Notes under the pieces: model-generated
Databases searched by the model: none
The model's input: only the letters and a program-made list of their open reading frames with translations
What the model was told of the DNA's origin: nothing
Origin: Eledone cirrhosa
Taxonomy: Eukaryota
DNA: 64,000 nt
Assembly (NCBI GenBank): GCA_964016885.1
Contig: OZ024743.1
Coordinates: 363,630,001-363,694,000 of the forward strand
Direction of reading: 5' to 3'
Shown here: piece after piece, positions 44,462 through 58,083 of the stretch
Layout of the letters: each line of letters starts with the position of its first letter
Position numbering within the stretch: the stretch's first letter is position 1
Position numbers and translations under genes: made by a program

Positions 44462-44750
44462 GGAGGCACGTGGCCTAGTGGTAAGGGTGTTGGACTTACG
44501 ATCATAATGTTGCGGTTTCGATTCCTGGGTTATGTGTTGTGTTCTTGAGCAAAACACTTCCTTTCACGTTGCTCCAGTATACTCAGCTGAAAATAAGTAC
44601 CAGCAATATCAGGAGGTTTAGCCCTGCGATGGACTGGTGTCCTGTCCAGGGGGGATTCTTGTAATCTCTGTCGCTTCATGTCATGAAACCGAGATAAGCA
44701 CCGGCCAAATGCGTCTTCTGGTTTAAGATAGACTTTAGACTTTTAGACTG
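44462..44750 (+). mobile_element. tRNA-derived SINE
   Basis: ggaggcacgtggcctagtggtaagg (A box), ggtttcgattcc (B box), tgtgttcttgagcaaaacactt, ccctgcgatggactgg. Confidence 0.8.
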
Positions 44751-45119
44751 TGTACGATAGATCGGTAAATAAACCTATTAATTGGTTTACTATGAAACTA
44801 AACGGGAAAATACTGAGCACCATAACGAAAATTAGAAGAAAAAGTTAAAGTATAAAACGTAATAATTAATCATTCAGTTAGTTAATATTTCAATCAATCA
44901 AATAAATAAATAAAAATGCATAGAGATGCAAAATGAAAGAAAAAGTATGCGAAAGGTGTTGCAATGGACTTATTTCGCATTTTCCTTGTTCAAAGTATAC
45001 TCTGTCATTCTTATATGGAAGAAGTAACATGACGTTGAGTACTTGCATTGAATTGCATCATTATTTACTGATTGGTGCGTTGCATGCGCAACTCCGATAG
45101 GTCAGCATGTTTGCCATAA

Positions 45120-45156
<37 letters not shown>

Positions 45157-45272
45157 AGTTTGAAAAAGTAAACATTCGATGTTTGTTTTTGTCGTCAAAT
45201 ATTTATCTATAGACACAAAAAGTCATATATTTATATATACATACAGACAAACATATTAATATAAGTACACGC

Positions 45273-45329
<57 letters not shown>

Positions 45330-45331
<2 letters not shown>

Positions 45332-45724
45332 AGGGCAATCCCAAAAGTAAGGTCTCCTTCCGATATTGCAACTTTTCCGTTAAAATTCTGTGGATGGTGC
45401 TTCAGGAAACCTCAGGAACCAAAATGCAGAGAGCATCCAGAGTGATCCGCCGATCTTTACGCATGTTTTCCTCGGAAGGAGACCTTACTTTTGGGATTGC
45501 CCTCGTATATAATAACTGCGCGAACTTCGCAATTGGCGGTAGCGTTCAACGGGAGCTCCATTCTCAACGGCTGCCAAGCCAAGATTGAGCATCCCAACGA
45601 AGCGCGCATGCTTATTTGGGAGTGAAGGAAGCACCAATCACAACAGTGTTGCCAACAGCCGTACGAACGGTTTCTCTGCGTCTCCATCGCTTTAGAAACC
45701 TTACTTTTGGGATTACCCTCGTAT
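45330..45724. mobile_element. Mariner-type MITE (45330-45506) plus an adjacent second right end (to 45722)
   Basis: TIR gagggcaatcccaaaagtaaggtctccttccga / tcggaaggagaccttacttttgggattgccctcg with TA flanks; second accttacttttgggattaccctcgTA. Confidence 0.8.
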
Positions 45725-45849
45725 ATATGGTCATCCAGACTAGCAACTGTTGGCCCTGGCCGCCTTCAGGTCTTAAACATTTCTCTCTACTTTTCAGCCC
45801 CTTGGATTGTGTCTACCATTATTATATTCCTTTATTAGATAAATTTCGG

Positions 45850-45909
45850 AACACCCGGTGATGTCACCGGGCTCCTACAGAACCCGGTCATTGAAATGTG
45901 CATAGTGTT
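45850..45909 (+). ncRNA. Hammerhead with mutated core (family D paralog)
   Basis: aacac-CCGGUGA-..accggg..cccggu..-GAAA-ugugca-UA-guguu. Confidence 0.5.
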
Positions 45910-46118
45910 TATAATAAACCTTTAAGGAATTTCACCAGTCCAGCTTCCTGTCATTTTACTTGATAATAATTAATTCCGCTCTCGCACCCCCAACAAGATT
46001 CAACATAAACGAAGATGGGTGAGTTGCATCGCGTCGAGTGATTTTCCTAATATTACATCACGGTTGACTATACGGAATGACCAGTTCTATCCAGTGGTGA
46101 ACCAACAAACCTAAATGA

Positions 46119-46180
<62 letters not shown>

Positions 46181-47113
46181 ATTGATTAAAGCTTAATTAA
46201 TCTCTAATACTAATACTTAAACATCTCAATGAGAGAAATCTCTCAGAGAAGCAATATTTTATATTAGAATTAAGTGAGAAAAAACTCTAATTATGGGAGT
46301 ATAAACAAGATAGACACAAAAGTATTCTAACGTCGCTTATATAAAGATCTCCCTACCAGGGATCAGCAACATGGAGTCGGTGGACCATAAGTGGGCCATT
46401 TTTGTGTCCTCTGTAGGTCTCAGACCATTTCAAATTTTAATATGTAAGCCATGATATATATAGAGGCTACAAACTAAACTAAAAAAAAACTGTGGCCCAA
46501 GTTTCCTTGCTTTTTTTCCTCCCTTTCCCCTCATTTATGGCATTTATAGTCCTTTCCACTACTTTCCCAAATAGCCAAATCTGCCCCTCTTTACCCATTC
46601 CCCTTTTTCTCATTACTTAATTTTGTTTTTATCTTCCTTTTTCCTATTTATGTAATCATCAATGGTTTTTAAGCCAAATCGGTAAGTGAAACATGTATTG
46701 AGAATAAACATTTATTTTACCGTTATGTAGGTAGACACACTGACAAAAAAAAAAGACGAGTAATAAGATATTCTTTATGTATTATTGATTAAATATAAAA
46801 TGTTGTATCTGTTATAAAAAAAATTAAAATAAAAAAAAAAAACAGAAATCTATCAGTCAATCCTCAGGAAGGTAACACTCTCGTCCACCTTCACATCCCT
46901 CTATAATGATGATATTGATAAAACATATTTATGATTTTTAACATTGGCCCATGGCAACAAACTGGAATAGGGGTGATGTACGTAGGTTAAATCAACCCAG
47001 TATTTGACTGGTTTTTATTTTATCGACATCTGAAGACTGAAAGGCAAGATCAGCTCGGTGGTATTTGAATTCAGAAGATCGGAAAGGGATAACCATCTAC
47101 CGATTCTAACAAT

Positions 47114-47155
<42 letters not shown>

Positions 47156-47239
47156 GTCATCATCATCATCATCATTAGGTTCCGATGGGGGGGGGGGGGG
47201 TCCTATTTATTCTGACCACCGAGCAGATGCCGCCATGCA

Positions 47240-48702
47240 TTGATAAGGCAAAGGTTGACAAATAGAATAAAACAAAATTTACGAAAACAGACAAAGTTGA
47301 AAATAACGCCTACTGTTTCTGGCATAAACGATCCTTTCTACAAAATTCCTGGTTTCTCTCCAGACTTCTCAATACTCCCCTTCACACTTTACCCGAACAC
47401 GTAGACAACTCACACAAAGTAATTAACAAACTAAAACAACTTAATCCTACCACACTTAGACAGAACAGATATCCATTTAGTTTAGACGTAGTTTCCCTCT
47501 ACACCTCTGTCCTCGACACCCCCCCCCCCGGTCATCGACTTAATTACAGACAACACCATCACCTCTACCGATCTAATCACCTCTACCATCCTTAATCGTG
47601 TCGGAATCACTGCTGCTGATATCACCAAGCTGCTCTCTGTCATCATATGCAACACCTGTTTCCAATTTGAAGGCTCCGTCTACAAACAAATTTCAGGACT
47701 TCCGATGGGGTCAAGTCTCCCAGGCCTGCTAGCCATCACTTACATGGACCATTTGGGGCACGTAACACTCGTCACCTGCCGTTCTTGCTCCTTCTTTTTC
47801 AGATACGTGGATGATATTTTACAGAGCCTAAATGGCCTATACGAACATGAATAAAAACCTGGCTGGGAACCAGCATCACAGTGGGGATGACATATCTGCT
47901 GTTGATGAATTTTTAGATGAACAGAACGTAAGCTTCTTTACCAATGAGATCCAAGTACTGCAAAACCGATGGAAGAAGTGTGTGGACTGCAAGGACTATG
48001 TTAAAAAATAAACCACATTTGGTCAACCTATGAACTTTTCAGCCGACCCTCGTATACAGAATGAGATCTCTCCAATGCGCAACAGAGGCAATGGGGTAGT
48101 GACAAACAAAGCAGACCGGTGGAATTCCAGAAAGTTCTAAACGAGAACTGCTACCCAACTTCTCAACCAAACACCGAATTGCCAACGCAGCAATACTTAG
48201 AAGAACAAGGAAGACACGCACCCTTAGAGGTAACATATACTACCTAGGGCTACTGCAGTTCGAGGAGAAGACGACCGTTGTTATCAAACAAGCCATCCGC
48301 AGAGAGAGCCTGAATATACAGCTGGCGCACTCGGAAACTTCATTGAGGAGAGTACTCTACAGATACCGACCTGCCTACAACGATATGTGCACATTTCCTA
48401 ATGTGTCCATTAATAACACAGAAGTGTGCATGAGACGGTATGTAGTCTACAAGGTCACATGTAAATAATGTAGCTCCTCATACATTGGAAGTACTGTCCG
48501 GTTGCTGCACATACAGATCAAGGAGCACATGGCGTTGAGAGCTTCTGACAAAAATCATCTTGACAGATGCTTCAGCCGAGACATTGCGGCCACAGAAAGG
48601 AATGTGGGGAATTTAAGAATCAAAGAAGCTATTATCATCAACAAGAAAAAGCCACTGATAAATAATAAATTAGGAATGCAAGAAGCGGACTGGCTACTAT
48701 AA
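47240..48702 (+). pseudogene. Degenerate Penelope-like element (RT + GIY-YIG endonuclease)
   Basis: LDVVSLYTSV, FQFEGSVYKQISGLPMGSSL, FFRYVDDI; VVYKVTC..CSSSYIGSTVR.LHIQIKEH; LRIKEAIII..KP.IN. Confidence 0.85.
47823..48052 (+). mobile_element. Mariner transposase C-terminus and right TIR within the PLE
   Basis: KKNLAG..AVDEFLDEQNVSFFTNEIQVLQNRWKKCVDC; ends aacttttcagccgaccctcgTA. Confidence 0.75.
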
Positions 48703-49544
48703 TCGCTCCACGCATGCGTTTTTCAGATACGTAGACCAGGTAGGGAAGAGAACATCGATCGTTCATTTTTGTTTTGAACCGTTTTCGTTTCACATTTGAA
48801 AAGAAGATATTAGCCTTGAAATATCATGTTGAAATATACTGGGTAAAACATTATTTTGTATTGTTTTATTTGTCATCCTTTGTCCTCTATATATTTCTAC
48901 CACATTTTACCGGATTTCTGAAAGTAACTACTGTAGTTAATTAGTTATTACTAACACAGTGGAAGTTAAAGTAAATAAATAATAATATATCTATAATGTT
49001 TATAAATTAAGTGAGGAGTGTGAGGACAGATCGGAAGTTTCGTGAATGGTATGGGAAGAATGTACCCCTAATCACTAGAGAATAGTATAGTTTATTTTTG
49101 TTTTAAATCTCATTTCCCATTTTATCATAGTTTTACAGCTCTATTCAGCCCATCTCATTTTCAAATATAAGTCTGTTACTAACTTACTCATCTGGACGTT
49201 TCTTATTGGTGTTTATTCCTAGGTCATTTCTGGTCCTGTAGAACTTTTGCTCAAAAATTCTGTGGCTGCATTTTATCTCATCTTCTCCGTCGATTTCGAC
49301 GAAGACCATTCAGTTGTCCGATCAACCGAACCCCCGACTTGCAAATCGTTAGTAGTTTACATCTAAGAACCTTTTTTTAAGTTTGCCTGTATTGTGGTGT
49401 CGAAAATAAATATATACATATAAACCAGGTCCGAACGCAATGGAAGCACTCCCACTGTCACTCCCTCCGCCTCTCCCGCTCTCTCCATCTCTATTATAAA
49501 CAAATAGGGGGGGGGCACGCGCTGGCCGCCCCGTGGTGGTAAAC

Positions 49545-49865
49545 CCGTCCTAGATGAAGGGTTTACCACCACGGAACGGGATACTGGTCATGCCCTCTGG
49601 CCTTTTGCCGTCCCCTCGGTCGAGCCCCGGCGGCTTGAGTGGGAGGGGGAGCCTGCAGCATCTAAGCCATGCTTTATGACCTCGTTAAGAGCAGCTTGTG
49701 GTGGAAGGCAGTCGGCACTGTAGCAACAGGACAGAGAGTGGAGGCCGAAAGAGTGTACGGTGGATCCACACTGACATTTGTGTGGTTCGCAGATCCGTAG
49801 GCCGAGCCTCAGGGAAACCCCGATTTGCAGGCTATCATTACCCAGCTGCGTACCAGTCAAAAAGG
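49545..49865 (-). pseudogene. Second CRE-like RLE fragment
   Basis: GTQLGNDSLQIGVSLRLGLRICEPHKCQCG..GLHSLSC; homologous to 19560-20095. Confidence 0.75.
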
Positions 49866-49930
49866 AGGGTAGGACATTGAGTTACAGTCATTTATTATAT
49901 ATCTCACAAGGCTTCGTATTAACTATACTA

Positions 49931-50069
<139 letters not shown>

Positions 50070-50259
50070 CGAAGGAAATGTGGTAAGGAACCAGGTGGAC
50101 CATAACGCACCAAAGTACTCAATACTTGGGGGTAGTAGAGTGGGTAATAGGAACCAGTAAGACCCCGACGGCTGAGCTCAAGCCGTTTCGACGGCTAATT
50201 CTGGACTCAGAATTAGCCGTCGAAACGGCTTGAGCTCAGCCGTCGGGGTCTTACTGGTT

Positions 50260-50299
<40 letters not shown>

Positions 50300-50687
50300 G
50301 GGGGGGGGGGTATATGTATATATTGTTATACTTTAAGAAGGTCATGTTTCGAATATAATCACACGCACCAATTGAGTTTCTCTTCAGTCTTATTAGCGAA
50401 GTAACTATAGTTTAGTAGCCGGATGATTATTTAATTGTGTGTGTGTGAAGAAACAAGGAAGAACAAGTAGAATACTATACAATAATGTTGCAAATTAGTT
50501 TAACGCTTGATATGATAAAAAAATGTGTCTTTCGGAAATTAGTCCTTCATCGAGAAATAGAATGAGAGAGAGAAGAAGGGGAAAAAATATAAGCGAGATT
50601 AGGTACAAAAGTAAACAGGAAAAAATTACTTCCAGTCGGAAAGCACGTGTGTTGTTAGTCAATATATATTCATCACAGATCACAAGT

Positions 50688-51346
50688 GCACCACTGTGGT
50701 CGGTGTAGTCGACTACCTTGAATTGTGGACAACTTATGCTAGCCTTATCTACTTTCCTATAAAATACCCTATCTAGATATGATCCGGGTGAACCGATGCG
50801 GTTTGACCATGTCCACATTGTCACATTTAGGAAATCCAGTCGGTATTTATCAGACATTTCGAAGCGTTTAAGTAGGTTGCAAGGCGTTTTACACCCTCCA
50901 CCCCTATCTGCTAGTCCCACCCAATTCCAGCGTGAGTCTAAGATACCATTCCAGTCGCCGAACGTTCATAGAAGGTTCTCCAGACGCCTGAAGATATCAG
51001 GCCTCCCTACTCCTGTTGGGATATAGACGGCCACTAGCCTAAAAGCTAGTGGTCACGCCATGCACCCTAACTTACCCTCTGGATCCAGGAAGATGGTCAG
51101 TATCGTGAGATTGACACCTTTCCAAAACAGCACAGCGTCTCCACCTCCAGATCCCGGACGCCTTGGACATGCGTACACTTCATAGCCGTCGAAAGTGGCT
51201 GCGAAGGTTCGTGCCTCAAATATTATGGTCTCACTGATGGCCACCAAATCTATGTTCAGTGATCTGAGGTCGTTGAACAGGTAGCTCTACTTCCAAGATG
51301 GCCCCAGGTCACGTGCATTTATACTGCCTATCCTGAGGAAAGCCAT
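50688..51346 (-). pseudogene. Tx1-clade APE endonuclease fragment
   Basis: MAFLRIGSINAR..DLVAISET..GGGDAVLF..WTWSN..SYLDRVF..DH. Confidence 0.8.
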
Positions 51347-51639
51347 GTTAAATAAAGAGGAGGAAAAGTCAGAAAGGGTTACTAACACTGTTCGTGTGAA
51401 GAGAGCTATGTGAAATGGCAATTTTATAGCTCCCTCCCTACATATTTATTGACAAGATGGTCAGTTGTTGAAGAGTAGCTATCTGTAACTATCTACCAAT
51501 GTATCTAATTATCACTCTACATATTTATCTATATTCCATCTATTTCTCTCTCCGCCTATCTATCTGTCATTCTTTCTTTCTATCTTTCTTTCCAACTGTT
51601 TATCTAATGTTCTATCTATCTATCTATCTATTTATCTGA

Positions 51640-54368
51640 TGTTTGAATGTATGTGGCCTGGGCATGCCCTGGAAACAGAGCCAGTTTTTAAATGATCTCA
51701 GGTCACACTGTATAGATCTGATAGCCATCACTGAGACCAGGATTCACGACAAGCAGCAGCTAACCCCCATGTTCGATGATTTTGAGATCTACCCATCTCT
51801 CTGTCAGCCAGAAGGTGGAGGGGGAGTTGCCGTTCTGTTTCGAAAAATCCTGGATCTCAAAGTACAGACGATTCACTTGGACTCGGAGGGCAGCCTGGTG
51901 GTCCTGGATGTGAATGGTAGTGAAGGTGGAGCTTTCAGACTGGTGGCCGTATATGCCCCGACTGGGACATCGCGACCAGAGTTCTTCAAGCGTCTGGAGC
52001 CATTCGTAGGAACGTCTCGCTCCTTAGTGTTAGCGGTGAACTGAAATGGCATCTTAGACGCACGTTGGGACTATATAGGAGCTTGTGATAATAGAGGGGG
52101 TGTAATAGCCTCAAATATCTCATCAGCCAATTCCAACTGGCTGATAGATATCGACTAGACTTCTCAAGTGCACCACTGTGGACGTGGAGTAACCGCACTG
52201 GGAATTCTAGATCGTATTTAGATAGATTTCTCATTAGACAGAATGATAAGGAAACATTAAGCTGTCCACAAATGCACATGGTTTCCTATTCAGACCACAA
52301 ATTAGTTACCTGCATAGTCATCCTTGATAGAATACATAGGCAGGGACCCAGATACTGGAAGCTAAACATGTCGCCCGGCGCGTAAGGCCTACAGTAAACT
52401 GATTAGCACCTTAGTTAAGAGCCAGTTGACCGGGGCCATCGTCAACAACAGTTGGTGGAGCTCTCTCGAGAGAGCAATTAAAATAGAATCGATAGCATTT
52501 AGCAAGGAAGTAGCTTAAAAAAAAAACTGAAAAGGAACTGGTAGCTAAAGTAGAAGTGGCACTTAGTATTGGCAGTACAGCTGACGTGCTAGCGGCGAGA
52601 ACGGCACTAGACCAGTTCTTCAACGTGAAACACGAAGGTCGTATTGTCCGAAATAGAACACGTGCTCTAAGAAACGAGGGAGCGAAAGCTGTTAGCTGGG
52701 CCCAAGTGGCAGAGGCGAAAAGTGGCAACAAATCCACCATTCGATCTTTGCAAGACAAAGATGGACGCATTCTTCTTGAATTCAAACAGATGTGAACGGC
52801 CTTCCAGCAGCACTTTGCACAACTGTTCGGGCAAGCGGTACGTCGAGCGAGGTGATGGACTTCAATTCCTACCTCGACGGCCTCCCACGACTCTCGAGCA
52901 CGGATGCAGAGAGCTGCGAAAGGCCGATCACAGCGGGCGAAATAGAAGATGTCCTAGGCCGCTGTGGGAAACGCAAATCATCCGGTTTAGATGGTCTACC
53001 CTATGAGTTTTACATAGGCACGCCAGACTTGTTCTCTGGGGTCCTCGAAGCGGTCTACTGCAACTGGAAGCAGAATGGGAGGATTCCCAGTTCTGTAGGC
53101 AGAGACGCAGTAACGCTGATCAGGAAAGATGAGAACAAGGGGGATGAGATAAGCAATTTCAGGCCCAAAAGTCTGCTCAACACAGAGTTAAAGATTTTGG
53201 CCAAGGTGTTAGCAACGAGGCTGGCGCTTGTCGTCGAGAACCTGGTAGGGGGGGGGGGGGGGCAAACGTGTGCAATCTCGACCGGGTCTATACACGACAA
53301 CCTCCACCTCATGCGATACATCAAAGAGAGGGTAGGGTCTAAACCTGGCTTCGGTGGGGCTCTGATAAATTTAGATCAGTCTAAGGCATTTGATAGGGTC
53401 GACCATCAATACTTGGAAGCGGTTCTCAGGGCTGCCGGCTTCGGTCCCGTCTTCAGGGGCTGGATCGCTGCCATGCTTACCAGCATCTGCTCGGCGAATA
53501 GCTACCTATCGGAGCCATTCCAAATCATGCGTTCCATCCGTCAGGGATGCCCTCTCTCCTCCATTCTGTATGTACTGACTCTCGAGCCATTACTGCGGAA
53601 GTTGGAGCTGTTGCAGGGCATCCCGGTCGAACCATGACTGCAGAAAGCAGCGCCGGCCTATGGCGACGACGTAACTGTAACGGTGTCGAAAACCTCGGAA
53701 ATCGGGGTAATCGGCAACCTATTACAGGAATACGAAACGTTGACAGGAACAAGACTAAACACAAACAAGTCTGTTGGTTTGCAACTCGGCACATAGAGAG
53801 GCAAACCCATGCCTTCCGACAGTGTCGTTGGACGCTGGACATTCTATAGGGGCTTAGTGGAGGATAAGTGCGACGACGTTCTCGGGGAAGCTCTAGGCAT
53901 CGAGGAGGACGAACTGACCAATCTGTTCGGGAGGACTTTCCGTCCAGCACCTATGGATAACTTCCAGAGGTCTTTGGCCTCGCAGTGCTACCGCGGAGCT
54001 CTACCAAAATCTACAGGCACGGACATCCTGGCAGAGATTCTGCCAAAAGGTCCAGTCCAAGATGCGAGCAGGACATCGAAACCGTTCTGCACGCAATTGT
54101 TCAGTGCCCAGGGGTGACCGACCTGTGGAATTATGTCGAACAGCTACTGTCACGTGTGGGACGCATCCAGTTGTCAGCTGAGTCCATCGTGAGGATCACC
54201 CGCCGCCTTCATTTAAGAATGAAGGAGAGGCAGTTTTCCTCTGTCTAGTGGCTATGGCTAAAGAGGTAATATGGTGGACGAGGTTAAAAGGACCGAGGGC
54301 AAACACCTTTCTCTCCGGACAACAACTCATCCCCTTCTTTAAGTACCATTTCAGAAGGAAAGTGAGAG

Positions 54369-54433
<65 letters not shown>

Positions 54434-54760
54434 GCTACACCCTAGTAAATTCGCTGAAAGGTGGGTGAATGTGGCGCAAATGGCCCGAGTGAATGGGCCT
54501 TCTCTGTATATAAATCTCTAGGTTGAGGAAGATAAACAGAGGGAAGACGGGAACACCTACAAAACGTGTTCCTGGTGTTGAGGGTTGTTCTATCTACGGG
54601 GGTCTAAAATAACCCCGCAGTAATCAATGGGGATTTCGATTGTTTTATTTTATATATAGTTTATTGTCATTCATTTTTGTTAAAGATTTTATGTAAAACT
54701 CCCGCCGTCACGTCTTGTAATGTCCCATTTTTGTACGCCCCTGTGGCAAATAAAGAAAGA
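51640..54760 (+). mobile_element. Tx1-clade LINE ORF2 (APE-RT-Cys-rich), degenerate with internal deletion
   Basis: LNVCGL..AITET..VYAP..SDH..GPRYWKLN; GLDGLPYEFY, NFRP.SLLN..KI, LDQSKAFDRV, RQGCPLS, AYGDD, PRCEQDIETVLHAIVQC; aaataaag then (TATC)n. Confidence 0.88.
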
Positions 54761-54783
54761 TATCTATTTATCTATCTATCTAC

Positions 54784-55062
54784 CTAAATATAAGTATGTA
54801 TACGTACATACATATATTATACAGACGTACAGTAGTATGTATATGTATACATACATGCACATATATATATATGTACGTATGGGTTTACCGAACATTTAAT
54901 ATAATGTTCGGTTTGTTTGTAAACAAACAGCCCGAATTACGCCGTACAGTGTTCGGCGACCATCGTTGCGCTTTTGTTCAACACTGACAAAGGAACGATG
55001 AACTAGTTTCAAGCTTATTAGCTATCGTCAGCATCGTATATCTTCCTGTCAGATGATTGAAC
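54784..55062 (-). mobile_element. Family B partial monomer with HHR at 54995-55037
   Basis: acgaug-CUGACGA-uagcuaauaagcuu-GAAA-cuag-UU-caucgu. Confidence 0.75.
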
Positions 55063-55176
55063 TATATCTACCTATATTTACTAATGTATCTATGGACAAT
55101 AAAAACAACAAAACACAAATTCCAATAGCAGTCCGTAGATAAACAGATAGATGGCCAAATAGATAAATAGATAGGT

Positions 55177-55253
<77 letters not shown>

Positions 55254-55400
55254 GCCTAACAGGTTTAAATGACCAGCGTGTATTTTATCTTTGAGAGAAC
55301 TGCTGGATTTTCGAATCTACCAGTCTCTTTTTAGCGCTGAAGGAGACCATCACTAATCTATTAATGTCGATGTAATTTTTATATCGATATTATTTGGGCA

Positions 55401-55510
55401 TCCACTAATGAGTTTATAAGAGCCCGCTTGGATTATATACAAGTTTCTACATAACCTGGACATTATTTATCCCAAATTGTAGAAATCTTATAACGAAACG
55501 ATCGTCTGGA
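55401..55510 (+). ncRNA. Hammerhead with long stem II and G5A core mutation (probably inactive)
   Basis: ucca-CUAAUGA-guuuauaag...cuuauaac-GAAA-cgaucg-UC-ugga. Confidence 0.55.
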
Positions 55511-55688
55511 AGGAAAGAGATATTTATTTAATTATGTCTCATATAAAATAATACAACCAGTTGTCCACGAAATACTGATTAGTTAGCACCCCAAACACTA
55601 AATTGGGAAAATACTTAAGTATATCCTAATGTTTGTTGAGTGAGACGGAGTTGGTCAGAGTATCGCTTAAGGCTTTCTCTGTTAATGT

Positions 55689-55749
<61 letters not shown>

Positions 55750-55870
55750 TGAAACAAAATGAAAACGAAATTTCATTTCTCACTCTTAGTATGGCACTTA
55801 CTTAAATGTAAGTATGCATGTATACGTACATACATATATGTATACAGACGTACAGTAGCATGCACATATA

Positions 55871-55905
<35 letters not shown>

Positions 55906-56058
55906 GCATACAGGTACACATACATATATGCACGTATCAGTTTAGCGGCGCTTATTATAACGTCGCTTTGTTCGTTTGTAAACAAACTGAACAGCCTGAA
56001 TTTATGCCATACGGTGTTAAGGCAACCACGTCACCTTTTTGTTCAACACTGACACAGG

Positions 56059-56103
56059 AACGATGTACTAGTTTCAAGCTTGTTAGCTATCATCAGCACC
56101 GTT
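56059..56103 (-). ncRNA. Minimal hammerhead ribozyme (family B)
   Basis: aacggug-CUGAUGA-uagcu(aaca)agcuu-GAAA-cuag-UA-caucguu; GUA triplet. Confidence 0.8.
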
Positions 56104-56534
56104 TACCCATCTGCCAGATAGTTGAACGTTCGAAAGTATATACTTTCCTTATGAAAATTAACGGCTGAGCAGCCTAATTTGCATATTGAGTGAGTTAAAT
56201 CGGTCAGGCATACCGAAAACGATAAATTGAAACAAAATGAAAACGAAATTTCATTTCTCACTCTTAGTATGGCACTTACTTAAATGTAAGTATGCATGTA
56301 TACGTACATACATATATGTATACAGACGTACAGTAGCATGCACATATATATATATATATATATACATATATATATACATATGCATACAGGTACACATACA
56401 TATATGCACGTATCAGTTTAGCGGCGCTTATTATAACGTCGCTTTGTTCGTTTGTAAACAAACTGAACAGCCTGAATTTATGCCATACGGTGTTAAGGCA
56501 ACCACGTCACCTTTTTGTTCAACACTGACACAGG

Positions 56535-56579
56535 AACGATGTACTAGTTTCAAGCTTGTTAGCTATCATCAGCACCGTT
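56535..56579 (-). ncRNA. Minimal hammerhead ribozyme (family B)
   Basis: Identical to 56059-56103. Confidence 0.8.
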
Positions 56580-56824
56580 TACCCATCTGCCAGATAGTTG
56601 AACGTTCGAAAGTATATACTTTCCTTATGAAAATTAACGGCTAAGCAGCCTAATTTGCATATTGAGTGAGTTAAATCGGTCAGGCATACCGAAAACGATA
56701 AATTGAAACAAAATGAAAACGAAATTTCATTTCTCACTCTTAGTATGGCACTTACTTAAATGTAAGTATGCATGTATACGTACATACATATATGTATACA
56801 GACGTACAGTAGCATGCACACATA

Positions 56825-56858
<34 letters not shown>

Positions 56859-57016
56859 CATATGCATACAGGTACACATACATATATGCACGTATCAGTT
56901 TAGCGGCGCTTATTATAACGTCGCTTTGTTCGTTTGTAAACAAACTGAACAGCCTGAATTTATGCCATACGGTGTTAAGGCAACCATGTCACCTTTTTGT
57001 TCAACACTGACACAGG

Positions 57017-57061
57017 AACGATGTACTAGTTTCAAGCTTGTTAGCTATCATCAGCACCGTT
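57017..57061 (-). ncRNA. Minimal hammerhead ribozyme (family B)
   Basis: Identical to 56059-56103; the inversion begins immediately after it. Confidence 0.8.
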
Positions 57062-57260
57062 TCAGGCATAAATTCAGGCTGTTCAGTTTGTTTACAAACG
57101 AACAAAGCGACGTTATAATAAGCGCCGCTAAACTGATACGTGCATATATGTATGTGTACCTGTATGCATATGTATATATATATGTATATATATATATATA
57201 TATATATGTGCATGCTACTGTACGTCTGTATACATATATGTATGTACGTATACATGCATA

Positions 57261-57390
<130 letters not shown>

Positions 57391-57442
57391 GTTTACCATT
57401 ATTCCTTCATTATATTCCTTAATTATATAACCTTTATACAAT

Positions 57443-57504
57443 AAACACCTGATGATGTTACCAGGATCCTACGGAACCTGGTCATTGAAATGTGCATAGT
57501 GTTT
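57443..57504 (+). ncRNA. Type-I hammerhead ribozyme (family D)
   Basis: aaacac-CUGAUGA-uguuaccagg(auccuacggaa)ccuggucauu-GAAA-ugugca-UA-guguuu then AAUAAA. Confidence 0.75.
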
Positions 57505-57780
57505 GTAATAAATCTTTGAAGAAATTTCACCAGCCCAGCCTCCTGTAATTTTTTTACTCAATACAAAAAATTAACTTTACTCACTATGGTTACCTTTACC
57601 GAATCGGTTGTGAGTAAAGTTAATTTTTTTAAATTTATTTTGAAACTTTTTCTTATTTGCTAAACCTGATTATATATGTTCTGGCTCGTTAATTTATTAA
57701 CCTGCCATTGAACCACATTGGCATATGGTTGGACAATACATGTGTCCCTAAGGGCATTGTGCGTGTAGGGATATATACTT

Positions 57781-58052
<272 letters not shown>

Positions 58053-58083
58053 GTCATTGTAATTTGGTGGTTATATGTTTGAT

